From positions 62,001 through 126,000 of IMG/VR virus record IMGVR_UViG_3300050120_000361: DNA of 64,000 bases. The stretch is one strand, 5' to 3'. The position numbers and the translations under genes were made by a program. A model generated the notes under the pieces. That model was given only the letters and a program-made list of their open reading frames with translations. It searched no databases and was not told the DNA's origin. Positions 35,978 through 45,739 of the stretch are shown piece by piece. Within the stretch, counting starts at the first letter, position 1; every line of letters starts with the position of its first letter.

Positions 35978-36447
35978 TATCCCTGTGAGCTAAGGAGTCC
36001 TCCCACAATTGATGTGTTCTCTCCGAACTTGCGGTTCTCAGGAAGAACGACAACCTTGGCCTTTTCAACAACAGGCTCGTCAAGTTCGCATTCCAGCTGC
36101 AGCATCTTTGCCATATTCTCGAATTCCTCACGAAGGGAATATACAAAGAGGTCAACCTCGTACTCGCATCCGCCTCGCTGCTTCATGAATTCAATGAATA
36201 TACCAACCTGCATCGCGCCAGGAAGTTCATGGTATTTTGGAGCAACGGTCTGTTTACTGTTTGAAAGCCCGGGCTGTGTTGAATGTCCAGCATTGAACAG
36301 GCTTTTCCAGTTTATGGCCTTTTTGTACTCGTCAATCCAGTCAAGAAATACCTGCATGCCCAACGGGTACTTGTCCTTGAGGACCCTAAAGTAGTCCATT
36401 TCAAGGTCTTCCTGCTGCAGGCGCATTTTGGTATCGTTTTCTTTCAT
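35977..36447 (-). CDS. Hypothetical protein
   Basis: 156-aa ORF. Confidence 0.65.
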   Translation of the reverse strand: MKENDTKMRLQQEDLEMDYFRVLKDKYPLGMQVFLDWIDEYKKAINWKSLFNAGHSTQPGLSNSKQTVAPKYHELPGAMQVGIFIEFMKQRGGCEYEVDLFVYSLREEFENMAKMLQLECELDEPVVEKAKVVVLPENRKFGENTSIVGGLLSSQG

Positions 36448-36448
36448 A

Positions 36449-36688
36449 TTATCTGTTATTTTTTGCTTTGTTGTAATAATCCGCTATTTCTTCGTTGCGA
36501 CGCCTTACGTATTCCGCGCCCCTAAGGACATCCTCGATTGTTAGCCTTTTGCCTTCAAGTGAAATACTGACTTGTTCTTTGTGCCGCCTGTAAAGGCCTT
36601 CGAACATGGCCTCAATGAGTATCGGCTTCGGCTGTTCAACGCCTTTGTCCGGAACGCATTCCATTGCTGTTAGGTTCTTTTCTTTCAT
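36449..36688 (-). CDS. Hypothetical protein
   Basis: 79-aa ORF. Confidence 0.55.
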   Translation of the reverse strand: MKEKNLTAMECVPDKGVEQPKPILIEAMFEGLYRRHKEQVSISLEGKRLTIEDVLRGAEYVRRRNEEIADYYNKAKNNR

Positions 36689-36869
36689 TTGCTGATAGTG
36701 ATAAGCTCATCACACTCTCAAGGTATTCCATAACCCGTTGATGGTCCTCGTCCGTGAATTTCGTGCCCTGGATTTTAAGCGTATTCGAGCCTATTACGGC
36801 GAAACCGCCGGTTAGCTTCGGCGGACACGCCAGCAGCATCTTTCTCCTGCCGTCAGTCATTGCCTTCAT
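36636..36869 (-). CDS. Hypothetical protein
   Basis: 77-aa ORF overlapping both neighbours. Confidence 0.5.
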   Translation of the reverse strand: MKAMTDGRRKMLLACPPKLTGGFAVIGSNTLKIQGTKFTDEDHQRVMEYLESVMSLSLSANERKEPNSNGMRSGQRR

Positions 36870-37347
36870 CGCTATCGAGCATTCGCTCCATGTCTTTCCA
36901 GGACCTGTTGGTCATTTCGGCTATGTTGGCCATTGGCTCCATGCGCAGTATGCTGAAGAACCCGGGCGCGTATATCACGCTGAGTATCATCTGCTCGAGC
37001 CTGAGCCAATCAGGAAACGTGGGGTCGCAGAGCGCGTGTATGTCCTTGTCGTCGACGTACACGTCCGCGCTCATCTTGCGGGTGTCGCATCCGAATATTA
37101 TGTGCATGTCCGGGTGCTGCTCGTTCTGGTAGTGGGTCTGCACGCCCTCGGCCTCAAGGTAATTTTTGGCCTCCCGAAGCGGCTCGCCGTCCCTGCAGGT
37201 GTTCAGGATTACGCAGCAGTCGTGCACGTCTACGAGCCTGTTTATGACCTCCCGCGCGTTCGGGTGCAGGCCCACTATGTCCGGGTAGTTAGACACCACG
37301 ACCGTCTTGTCGAAGTCTATAGCCAATAGGGCCCTGTACTGCTTCAT
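36853..37347 (-). CDS. HAD-superfamily phosphatase (BT0820-like)
   Basis: AIDFDKTVV, ILNTCR, RKMSADVYVDDK. Confidence 0.85.
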   Translation of the reverse strand: MKQYRALLAIDFDKTVVVSNYPDIVGLHPNAREVINRLVDVHDCCVILNTCRDGEPLREAKNYLEAEGVQTHYQNEQHPDMHIIFGCDTRKMSADVYVDDKDIHALCDPTFPDWLRLEQMILSVIYAPGFFSILRMEPMANIAEMTNRSWKDMERMLDSDEGND

Positions 37348-37361
37348 GTTATTTGCTTTTG

Positions 37362-37432
37362 TTGTCCCACAAGGATTCGAACCTCAACACTCTGAACCAA
37401 AATCAGATGTACTACCTTTATACGATGGGACA
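37362..37432 (-). tRNA. tRNA-Gln(TTG)
   Basis: TGTCCCA/TGGGACA acceptor stem, anticodon arm TCTGA-TTTTGGT-TCAGA, GGTTCGAATCC T-arm; CCA not encoded. Confidence 0.92.
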
Positions 37433-37440
37433 GTTACTTG

Positions 37441-37776
37441 TTATATCATTTGCTGACGGTCATCCTCGTGAAGGAAGCCCACGCCAAAAAGCCTTTTAAC
37501 CACCTCGGAAACCACGTTCAATTTGAAAATCTCTGTCAATTCGTAGTGGTTCACGGCCGCCGTTCCAAGGTCAATGTCCTGGCAAACCCATCCGCGCAGG
37601 GATGTCTGCTTCTTTAGGGTGAAAAGGGAGCGCGTTTCCAGCTCATTTTCAGAAGTGGCTTCCGTGTCCACGCACACGGTGTTGAAGCCCAACCCGTGAA
37701 GCTTTTCAACCACCTGTTTTATCAGGCTGTAAGCGGAAACTCTTGTCCTTTCTGGTGATGTCGCAGTGTCTTGCAT
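37441..37776 (-). CDS. Hypothetical protein
   Basis: 111-aa ORF. Confidence 0.6.
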   Translation of the reverse strand: MQDTATSPERTRVSAYSLIKQVVEKLHGLGFNTVCVDTEATSENELETRSLFTLKKQTSLRGWVCQDIDLGTAAVNHYELTEIFKLNVVSEVVKRLFGVGFLHEDDRQQMI

Positions 37777-37786
37777 TTTATTTTAT

Positions 37787-38293
37787 TTATCCGAGAATGT
37801 GCATGTCGGTGGGTATTTCAGGCTCCTTCAGAAGCTGCTCCCTGCTGAGGAGTTCGTACATGTCCCATTCCTGTACCTCAGGCGACCAGTCGTTCTGGCT
37901 GAGGCTGCCGAAGTCGTCGTCTCCGGCCCCGCGCTCCACCACGCCGTTCATTGTGAACAGCTCCTGAAGGGACATGGACATAACAGTGTCCTGCCCAGTT
38001 TCCGGATGCTTCTGGAGCGAAACTACCACGAAGTCGTACACCGTGCTCTCAAATGGGGTATCCGCCGAGGCTTCGCCCTTATAGGACGGGTCGGCCGCCA
38101 GATTGGAGATGAAGCTGGTGACGTCCTCGGACACGTCGGCCTCGACGCACAGTATGGTGAAGCCCGGCTTCAGGTCAGAAACTATCCTTAGCATTCCGGC
38201 GTCTTCGAAGTCGTAGGCGTCGGTTATCACTCCCATCATGAGCTCATTCAAAGACACCTTGGTCGCGAGCCCCTTCATTACCATTTTTTCCAT
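37787..38293 (-). CDS. Acidic hypothetical protein
   Basis: 168 aa, very D/E-rich. Confidence 0.7.
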   Translation of the reverse strand: MEKMVMKGLATKVSLNELMMGVITDAYDFEDAGMLRIVSDLKPGFTILCVEADVSEDVTSFISNLAADPSYKGEASADTPFESTVYDFVVVSLQKHPETGQDTVMSMSLQELFTMNGVVERGAGDDDFGSLSQNDWSPEVQEWDMYELLSREQLLKEPEIPTDMHILG

Positions 38294-38317
38294 TATCTGC
38301 TATGCGTTGTTATGCTG

Positions 38318-39157
38318 TTATATGATTATTATCGGTATGTTAAGCTTTGCCGGCTGCTTCTTCTTTTTCTTCTTTTTGGCGTCATTCGCCATCGCAGCCT
38401 CGAGCCTGACCTCCTTCTTCTTCTGCGAGGTCGTCATCCTGCGCTCCTGCGTGGTGTGGAGCCTCCAGTGGCAATTCAGCATGAGGGCGAAGGAGTCCAC
38501 CACGTCATTGACCTTGGCGAGCGACATGGTGTCCGGAAGCAGGGCCGCGCCGCCGAAGGTAACCAGGAACGCGTCCAGCATTTCCTGCTTGTCAGCGTCC
38601 CCGTACCCCGAGAAGAACAGCTTAAGTTCGGAAGGCGAGGTTATGGTTATCCTAAGCGAAGCCCGCCCGTTAAGCGTTATCTTCAACTTTATGAGCTCGG
38701 AGCGCAGCATGCCCTGAAGCATTATAAGGCCTCCGAGCACCCTGAGCTGCATCTGGCCAGCCATAGAAGGCATCACGAAACCCTCGATATTGAACTGGAT
38801 GTCATAGGGGCCGAACCCCCACTGCTCGCCGCTGGCCGTCACGGGGCACCCGCACCTGACAAGCTGCTCGAAAACTATCTGCATTATGCGCTTCACGCAC
38901 ACCATGGCCTTAAGGGTTATGTGCGCCTGGTCCTCGCTGTAGAAGTCGTCTTCCCCTACGGTCTGTATCAGGTCGGTGACGTCAACGTTAGATGGCATGC
39001 GGTAGGTCTGCTGGTTTATGTTCCTTATTGGGTCTGGAACCTTATCGAACACGAGCCTGTGGAAGGCCATGTCTGTGCACCTGCCGTCGTCCCAGCAGGC
39101 GGTGGTTATTCCAGTGGAGTTAAATGAGAGGTCAATTCCAAATACTATTCTTTTCAT
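38318..39157 (-). CDS. ruvC: RuvC-like Holliday junction resolvase
   Basis: FGIDLSFNSTG, NIEG, SPSELKLFFSGYGDADKQEM, NDVVDSF; poly-Lys tail. Confidence 0.82.
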   Translation of the reverse strand: MKRIVFGIDLSFNSTGITTACWDDGRCTDMAFHRLVFDKVPDPIRNINQQTYRMPSNVDVTDLIQTVGEDDFYSEDQAHITLKAMVCVKRIMQIVFEQLVRCGCPVTASGEQWGFGPYDIQFNIEGFVMPSMAGQMQLRVLGGLIMLQGMLRSELIKLKITLNGRASLRITITSPSELKLFFSGYGDADKQEMLDAFLVTFGGAALLPDTMSLAKVNDVVDSFALMLNCHWRLHTTQERRMTTSQKKKEVRLEAAMANDAKKKKKKKQPAKLNIPIIII

Positions 39158-39178
39158 GTGTTATCAGTGTTATGTCTG

Positions 39179-42148
39179 TCAATAAGCCGCGGCGTCCAAA
39201 TCGAATGAGAAGCTTGTGAACAGCGCCTCCTTTGTTATGGTGTAATCGCTCCAATTGCCGTTAGAGCCCGCGGTGAACTGCAGAACTATGTCGTATATGG
39301 TGTTCTCGTTTATGCGGTACTTCAGCGCGAAGTCGCTCGTCTGGAAAAGCACCGCCTTAGTGAATGAGTTCCTGACGGTCCATATCAGGTCCTTGGCGTT
39401 CGATATGAACAGGGGGTCGAAGCGGCACAGGAACACGTCCCCGAGAGAAAGCACCTGGTTTCCAGGCTGGTCTGACCCAACCCTGTACAGGCGCGGCCAT
39501 ATCGACTTTATCACTGGGAGCTTGTCCCATGTGTCGTCAGGGTCTATCGGCGGCCAATTAACAAAGTCCGGCTGAAGCGTGGATGGCCTGAAAAACAGCG
39601 GAAAGTCATAGTTGACCGGAAGCCTCGCCTTCTGCATGCCGCTGCCTTCCGGTATGTCGTATATGCTCTGCAGCGCGGACGCGTCATCAACCTCTTCGTT
39701 GAAGCCGTCCGGAACAAACACGAGGTCGAACAGCTCGCGCACGAGGTCTATGCCGGCCTCCACTGTTGTTATGAAAATCCACGGAGTTACCGTCTGAGGG
39801 GCCGACTGGTCTTCTACTATATCCATTGCCGTAATGAACAGCCTGTCTGGCGTGGACACGTATCCCGTAACGTCGAAATAGTTCTTCAGTGTCTTGAGAA
39901 GGGTGAGCTCATCGGTCTTGCGAAGCATTAGCGTGTGTCCGGACTGTGCCCTGACAGAGATGAGGTCAATCCAATTGTCCATGAAATCCGCCTGCATGTC
40001 AGTGGCCGCGTCCATGCCGAAATTCTTGTTTATGTCGGAAGGCTGGTACCGCCCATTCGAGAACAGGTACCTCAGCGCCAAACCGGCGGTTGGGTACTGG
40101 TAGTAGCCCACAAGGTCGTCGCCCGTTATGGACGGAACCGGCAGCACGTAATTCCCGTTGTGCGGAGAGGCTTCCCAAGGGCTGTCAACGTCAAGGTCTA
40201 TCGTACCGAGTATCGTATCATCGAGGGTGGCCACGGCATTGTCGGGGAGCGGCTCGTATGCCGGTTCCGGCTGAAAGTCGAACCAAGCCTGCAGGTACAG
40301 GTTGCCTGCCATGTTCCCGAAGCCGCTGAACGTGTCGTCGGCGGCCAATTGGAAACCGAGGCCGTCATTGGTCTCAAGGTTGCCGCCGTCATTCAGCACC
40401 AATTCGGTGCCATCGTCGTTTGAGTACTTGAGCGCCTGCGGGGTTGGGTTGTCGAAAGGCGCAATATCGAACACGGTTCCGTTAACCTTCAACCTGAAAG
40501 GGGTCTGCTGCACGCCAACGGCCACCAGCGTGTATGGCGCCTTTGAGGTTGGTGATGTCACTGCGCCTGTGTCCCCCTGCGATGCTATACTCCTTGAAAG
40601 GGCCACAACGCCAAGAGAGTCAACTATCTGCAGCACCCCGCTCGATGCCGGGTCGTCGTTGCCGCCTCCGACCTCTATCTCAAGGTTGAAAAAGCCCGGC
40701 AGCGTGTTAATGTCCTCGGAAACAGTTGAGCTGTCGAACGCCTCTATGGCAAGGCGCGTGTTAACGTCATTCACCACATACTCGAATGTCCACTCGTCCT
40801 TGTTGTTGTGCAGGTCCCAAACGGTCACCACCACGTCGTACGTTCCATTGGCGGCTGTAACGACTATTACTTCATCATGGCCTATAAGGCCGCCACCGTC
40901 GGGATTGTCGAATATAAAATTGTTGGCCGGAGCCAAAGCAATCATTGGATTTTCCCGATTGGTTATGGTGTAGTTCCAGTAGTACCCCAAAGGGCCCGCG
41001 AGCTCAAGGTGCAGAACTGAAGCGAACACGTCCTCAAGCAGTGTTGGGTCCAAATCAATGGTGAAATCCTCATCGGCGTAAAGCTGTCTCGGAACCGTGT
41101 ATATGTCGTCTATCAGGTCAGGAGAGTTTCCGTAGGTGCGGGCAGCGAACTTGTCAACATTGGTTTGTCGCTGTACGTTGTTCCAGGCCACCCATGTGTG
41201 CGGTCCGGCCAGGTAGTTCATTTCGAATATGTCTATCTTGACGTCCCCGCGCCAGCCGTATACCAGGTTCTCATACCATATGTGCGTTATCGCCACCGCG
41301 CTGAGGAACTGCGGGCCGTTTGCCGACGACACGACACCGAAGAAGTTTATCGACTGCTCCGGAAGCGTGAAGTACACGTTTGCCAGGCTCAGCGCATAGA
41401 ACAGCTTTTTGAAGAAATCCGTAAGGTCCGTTTCCGTTATGGTTCGCAACGGCATGTTCAGGTCCGTGTACGGATTGTTAGGGTCCGTCTCGTAGTTCTC
41501 GAACAGCAGGTGGTAGTTGCCGGTCTTCACGTCCGTTAGGGTGTTGGGCGTCAGGGTTATGCCACCAGAAGGCGTCTTCCACTCGTCTGTTACCACTATG
41601 GAGGCCGGGTCGAAGCCTATGAATTCAAGGAATTTCTCGATACCGCTCTTCTTCCCCTTGTCGCGCATCAGCGCCCTGAAGTCCAACAGCAACCTCCGGA
41701 GCATGTCGGCAGGGTTGCTGCCAATGTAGGCCGGCTCAAGCTCCTCGAAAGTTGGCAGCCTGTAGTTCACGAGAAGGTCGGCGTACTGGGCCTGCTGCGC
41801 GTCGAGCACGTTTTCTGGGCGGTAGGATATGCTTATCTGCCTCAGTATGTTGTCTATGCCGTAGTACTGTATGACGCAGTCGGACTCAATGTACAGCGTG
41901 TAGCTGCTGTTGTCGAGCCTTTGAAATATCTTAGACGGGACTATGTCGAACATTCCGTCAATGCCGCCGCCTGTTGGTGGGTCCTTGGGAGTGACTGAGT
42001 ACAGAAGGTTATTGGACTCAACGGACTCGAGTATGCACACCGAAAAAAGCTGCGTGGCCCTTATGAAGAAAGAGTTGCTTTTGGCCACCGCGTTAAGTGG
42101 GACTGGATTGGAGCCTATGTCCAATAGGATTACAGGAAATCTTTCCAT
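39179..42148 (-). CDS. Large virion structural protein (baseplate/hub-associated)
   Basis: 989 aa, acidic and beta-rich; KGKKSGIEKFLEFIG resembles baseplate-wedge motifs; coupled to the spike-like gene. Confidence 0.55.
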   Translation of the reverse strand: MERFPVILLDIGSNPVPLNAVAKSNSFFIRATQLFSVCILESVESNNLLYSVTPKDPPTGGGIDGMFDIVPSKIFQRLDNSSYTLYIESDCVIQYYGIDNILRQISISYRPENVLDAQQAQYADLLVNYRLPTFEELEPAYIGSNPADMLRRLLLDFRALMRDKGKKSGIEKFLEFIGFDPASIVVTDEWKTPSGGITLTPNTLTDVKTGNYHLLFENYETDPNNPYTDLNMPLRTITETDLTDFFKKLFYALSLANVYFTLPEQSINFFGVVSSANGPQFLSAVAITHIWYENLVYGWRGDVKIDIFEMNYLAGPHTWVAWNNVQRQTNVDKFAARTYGNSPDLIDDIYTVPRQLYADEDFTIDLDPTLLEDVFASVLHLELAGPLGYYWNYTITNRENPMIALAPANNFIFDNPDGGGLIGHDEVIVVTAANGTYDVVVTVWDLHNNKDEWTFEYVVNDVNTRLAIEAFDSSTVSEDINTLPGFFNLEIEVGGGNDDPASSGVLQIVDSLGVVALSRSIASQGDTGAVTSPTSKAPYTLVAVGVQQTPFRLKVNGTVFDIAPFDNPTPQALKYSNDDGTELVLNDGGNLETNDGLGFQLAADDTFSGFGNMAGNLYLQAWFDFQPEPAYEPLPDNAVATLDDTILGTIDLDVDSPWEASPHNGNYVLPVPSITGDDLVGYYQYPTAGLALRYLFSNGRYQPSDINKNFGMDAATDMQADFMDNWIDLISVRAQSGHTLMLRKTDELTLLKTLKNYFDVTGYVSTPDRLFITAMDIVEDQSAPQTVTPWIFITTVEAGIDLVRELFDLVFVPDGFNEEVDDASALQSIYDIPEGSGMQKARLPVNYDFPLFFRPSTLQPDFVNWPPIDPDDTWDKLPVIKSIWPRLYRVGSDQPGNQVLSLGDVFLCRFDPLFISNAKDLIWTVRNSFTKAVLFQTSDFALKYRINENTIYDIVLQFTAGSNGNWSDYTITKEALFTSFSFDLDAAAY

Positions 42149-42855
42149 TATTCTATGAATGTCTTGTTTGATTGGATTGTGTCAAGGTACTGCATGTCCT
42201 TCTGCTCCACCGGCGGGAACTGCGCGTTGTTTACCGGTATTGCCGCGGTGAGAGCGATGCGCAGCGAGGCGAGCATGGGCGCCGACGACGCGGTTTTTAC
42301 CACATTGAACATGGTGAACACCATCTGGCGCAGGGTGCTTATCTCAGTGAGAGCGTTCTTTAGGGCTGTTACATTGTCATCCCCGAGCACTGTAGCCTGA
42401 CCGTTGGTGCCGAGGTCTATGCGCTTATCGGTCATGTGTATCTGGTTGTCGGACACGTTCATACTCGCCTCGGTGTCCTGCACGTTCAGGTTTCCCTTTC
42501 CGTTAATGAAGTTTATGCCAAGTGAAGGCGTATAGCTCAGCTCGACGTTCCTATCATCAATGGTCCGCTTGAACAGCTCCACGTAGTTGAGGTAGTCGTC
42601 GTCTGACAGTCCGTTAGCTGGTGGGTCCACCTTGTTGAGGTACATGCCGGTGCTAAAGTTGCCGTTGAATATGAGAACCGGCACGCAGTCATTCTCCACC
42701 GGCAGGTACCGCACGCCCATGAACGGGAAATACCATGGAAGGTCATCCACAGCTATCTGCTCCGTATAGCCGGCAACCGTCGCCTTCACGCGGTACAGCT
42801 TCTGGTCGTCGTCCACCTTTACGATTTTGGCGAACATTATGGTAACGTTCTGCAT
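42148..42855 (-). CDS. Baseplate spike (gp5/gpV OB-fold-like)
   Basis: VDDDQKLYRVKA, DDLPWYFP, LPVENDCV.V.IFNGN, then beta repeats and ATVLGD. Confidence 0.75.
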   Translation of the reverse strand: MQNVTIMFAKIVKVDDDQKLYRVKATVAGYTEQIAVDDLPWYFPFMGVRYLPVENDCVPVLIFNGNFSTGMYLNKVDPPANGLSDDDYLNYVELFKRTIDDRNVELSYTPSLGINFINGKGNLNVQDTEASMNVSDNQIHMTDKRIDLGTNGQATVLGDDNVTALKNALTEISTLRQMVFTMFNVVKTASSAPMLASLRIALTAAIPVNNAQFPPVEQKDMQYLDTIQSNKTFIE

Positions 42856-44189
42856 TAGAAGCCCCTCCTCCTGTAGGCGTTGTACTCGCCGAGCTGCGGG
42901 TTCTTCTGCGCCGGGGCGTTCACCGCCGGCACGTAGGGGGTCCCGGCGGTGACGTCTGAGACCTGCTGCGGCGGAAGCAGTCCGGCTCCCTGAACGCTGT
43001 TGCCCAGGTTCAGAAGCGCATTGAAGTTCTTTGTTATGAGGCTTGCGAGACTGTCCTCCGCATTGAGCACGGTTGTGTCCACGTAGTTTATGCCGGCTGC
43101 GAACGCGTTCTGAACCATTGAGGAAGCGTTCGCAGCCGTGAAGCCGCTTATTATCTGGCCAAGAAACTGATTGCTCGATGTGAGCTTCTGCGCCTCGGAC
43201 CTGACAAGTCCTGGAAGCTGAACCGCCGCCGTCTTTGCCATCTTGCCAAGCGAGGAGGTCAACTGCTTGAAAAGCGAAGCGTCCGGCTGCTGGGCCTGCG
43301 TGCCGAGAGCAGCCACCCTGTTCTGTGCCGCCAGTGCCGCGAGGACGCTGCCGAAGTCGAAGTTGCCCATGCTGTTGTTGAACCTGCCGGTGTAGTTGCC
43401 GAAGCGGAAGTTCAGTGAAAGGTTCTGCATGAGCGGCGTTCCCTGCATCTCATTGGAAACGGTGCCGGCGAACTGGCTGCCGGTCTCAAGCGGGTTTATG
43501 TTTACGTCTCCGAACTTGTATATGACGTGGTTGAACTGCGCCATGGTGCCGTTCTGCGAGAACTGCTGGTCAGACAGCTTGCGCAGGGTAGGGAAAACCA
43601 CCTGCTGTATCTTGTCTATTGGTATGTTGTTGGGGTCCACCGAATTGTCAGGGTCCTGGTCGTAGAGGTCCATGCGGTAGTAGTTAGAGTTGAACACCAG
43701 CACGCTCATGTCGAACCTGCGCAAATTGGCCGGAAGCACCTCAACCTGCCTCGTGTCGTCATGCCATATCTGCCTGTAAGTCGCCATGAGGCCGGTGAAA
43801 AGCATGTCGGATGTCTCACGTATCTGAAACACCAGCTTCTCGCTCTCGTTGAAGTTGTCCTGCGGCGCCCAGTTCTCCACAATGGAAAGCCCGTCAACCT
43901 GCATTACAAGGAAGTCGTAATCAGACCAGAACTGCTGCCAAACGGAAATCCACTGCTTAAGCATCGTGTACCTCGCACTGTCGCCAATCCTCCTTAGGTA
44001 TGCGAGCGCGCTGTCCGTGTATGACTCATCAGCCAACAAACCGTAGGTCTTGTCGTAGTTCATGAGCACCTTGAATGACAGAGACAGCGGGTCGTGGTAA
44101 GTCTTCATGGTGAGAGCGCGCATCTCACCGGTAATGAACTCGGTATAGTTACCCAATTGGTAGTACTGGTTTGTAGGGCTGCTGCTCAT
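42855..44189 (-). CDS. Tail/baseplate structural protein
   Basis: 444 aa, coupled to the spike gene; VLPANLRRFDMSV motif, N/Q-rich. Confidence 0.55.
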   Translation of the reverse strand: MSSSPTNQYYQLGNYTEFITGEMRALTMKTYHDPLSLSFKVLMNYDKTYGLLADESYTDSALAYLRRIGDSARYTMLKQWISVWQQFWSDYDFLVMQVDGLSIVENWAPQDNFNESEKLVFQIRETSDMLFTGLMATYRQIWHDDTRQVEVLPANLRRFDMSVLVFNSNYYRMDLYDQDPDNSVDPNNIPIDKIQQVVFPTLRKLSDQQFSQNGTMAQFNHVIYKFGDVNINPLETGSQFAGTVSNEMQGTPLMQNLSLNFRFGNYTGRFNNSMGNFDFGSVLAALAAQNRVAALGTQAQQPDASLFKQLTSSLGKMAKTAAVQLPGLVRSEAQKLTSSNQFLGQIISGFTAANASSMVQNAFAAGINYVDTTVLNAEDSLASLITKNFNALLNLGNSVQGAGLLPPQQVSDVTAGTPYVPAVNAPAQKNPQLGEYNAYRRRGF

Positions 44190-44418
44190 TTTCCTGTTTG
44201 GATTTTATTTGGTTTTTGGGGTCCTTTTTGTTATGTTATTTATGGTATGCTTATTTCGCTGAAAATTCTTTTTCGTCCCGTCGGGCCGTGTTGTACCGGC
44301 CGCCGCGCCAGGACAGGCCCGCCCTTTATCGGCGAAGGGTAACGGGAAAAACCAACTATAACGCGAATGATACATATTATTCGGTGACTTTACACCAAAA
44401 ACACATAACGAAGCGAAG
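44190..44418. promoter_or_regulatory. Divergent intergenic region at the strand switch
   Basis: All genes to the left are minus and all to the right are plus; GC-rich core flanked by T-rich and A-rich leaders; contains GCCGATAAAGGG (minus, 44322-44333). Confidence 0.6.
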
Positions 44419-45369
44419 ATGAATTTACCTGAAATAGGCCCGCTGCTAACCAACCAATCCACTTACATAACCGCCACCGGCGCACTGCTCGATTTGGACA
44501 AGGCCAACCAGAACAGCACCCCCTTCTTTTTCTCGAGGATGGTGGCCATGCAGCTGCCGCAGTACGCGGTGCCCAATTTCTTTTTGGACCTTACGAGCCA
44601 GGGCGTGATTTCCACGAGCCCAAACACCATACTGCCGAAGGGCATTCAGTACTACACGGAGAACATATCAAGGAACTTCCTTTCCTCTTACTCCAAACGC
44701 GGAACAGAGCTTGCTTTCTGGAAGCTCCTGAACAAGTGCGGCATGTCCTACGCCGACATCCAGGCCTCCATCAAATTCGTAAACAAGGTGGCCACTTCGA
44801 ACTTCATAACCATTGAGAACAACGGCGGCTGGGGCGAAATCGTCGGCGTAATACCGAACCAGTGCAGCATACTCACCACCGCCTGGGCTAACAACCCCAA
44901 CGTTCCGGACATAGTGACTTCGGACCCGCAGAACGACAGCGACGGCCTGTTCGACACCGGCGATAAGGAGTTCACCTTCACCGATCCCCTTTCAAAGCAG
45001 ACACTGGACTTCGACAACTGCACGTTCGACACCGACACCCCGAACGAGTCTTTCGACTTCAACCTACTGCTGTTCTTCTACCAGGACGCGGACGGAATAG
45101 ACAAGCTGCACGGCGTGAACTTCATAGCCCCGTACGTTAACATGGTTTCCTACTGGCAGCTCCCGATCTCGACACAGTTCAACAACCAGGCTACATCGGT
45201 TGGGTACCAGTACAAACTGAATTTGAAGACCTGCAACAATGCGGCTTCTTTGGTGCTTGTCCAGGACTACAACGGCGACGGCTCGCAGTGGAACCTGTAC
45301 TTCGAGAGCCTATCAAACTTCAACAGCTTCCTTGAGCTGCAGAAGCGCGGCAACACGCCAGTGGGCTAA
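44419..45369 (+). CDS. Virion structural protein (hypothetical)
   Basis: 316 aa, N/D/F-rich; FDFNLLLFFY...LHGVNF. Confidence 0.6.
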   Translation: MNLPEIGPLLTNQSTYITATGALLDLDKANQNSTPFFFSRMVAMQLPQYAVPNFFLDLTSQGVISTSPNTILPKGIQYYTENISRNFLSSYSKRGTELAFWKLLNKCGMSYADIQASIKFVNKVATSNFITIENNGGWGEIVGVIPNQCSILTTAWANNPNVPDIVTSDPQNDSDGLFDTGDKEFTFTDPLSKQTLDFDNCTFDTDTPNESFDFNLLLFFYQDADGIDKLHGVNFIAPYVNMVSYWQLPISTQFNNQATSVGYQYKLNLKTCNNAASLVLVQDYNGDGSQWNLYFESLSNFNSFLELQKRGNTPVG

Positions 45370-45442
45370 TACAGATACGATACCCAAAACGGCGGACCAA
45401 TAAAAGGGCGGCCGCCGGTACGAAACTAACGAAAAGCGAAAC

Positions 45443-45739
45443 ATGGCATTGGACAGGAAAGTTCCGGTTACACTGGTCTGGGTTGATACGATGCCCGACT
45501 ACAATACAATGGAGGATGGCGTGGTGTACATATCGGAAAAGTACCACACCTCCACACACAGGTGCCTTTGCGGGTGCGGGTCTAAGACGGTGCTTCCAAT
45601 AAACGAGCGCCCCGGAAGGGATTTCGGTTGGGACCTGGCAAAGCACCCGAACGGTAAGGTCTCTTTCACACCATCCATAGGAAACTACCCATGCAAAGCG
45701 CACTACCACATAACAGAAAATGTCGGCGTATTCGTGTGA
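45443..45739 (+). CDS. DUF6527-like protein
   Basis: EDGVVYIS...HRCLCGCG...W.L...VSFTPSIGN..CKAHYHIT...V. Confidence 0.75.
   Translation: MALDRKVPVTLVWVDTMPDYNTMEDGVVYISEKYHTSTHRCLCGCGSKTVLPINERPGRDFGWDLAKHPNGKVSFTPSIGNYPCKAHYHITENVGVFV

Noticed and set aside
109-44342. Numerous plus-strand ORFs over the minus-strand arm (and minus-strand ORFs over the plus arm)
   Set aside because: Antisense shadows of real genes caused by GC-biased codon use; no motifs or plausible leaders.
44205-44462. 85-aa minus ORF across the divergent region
   Set aside because: Overlaps the start of the plus-strand gene and consists of low-complexity leader sequence; more likely regulatory DNA.
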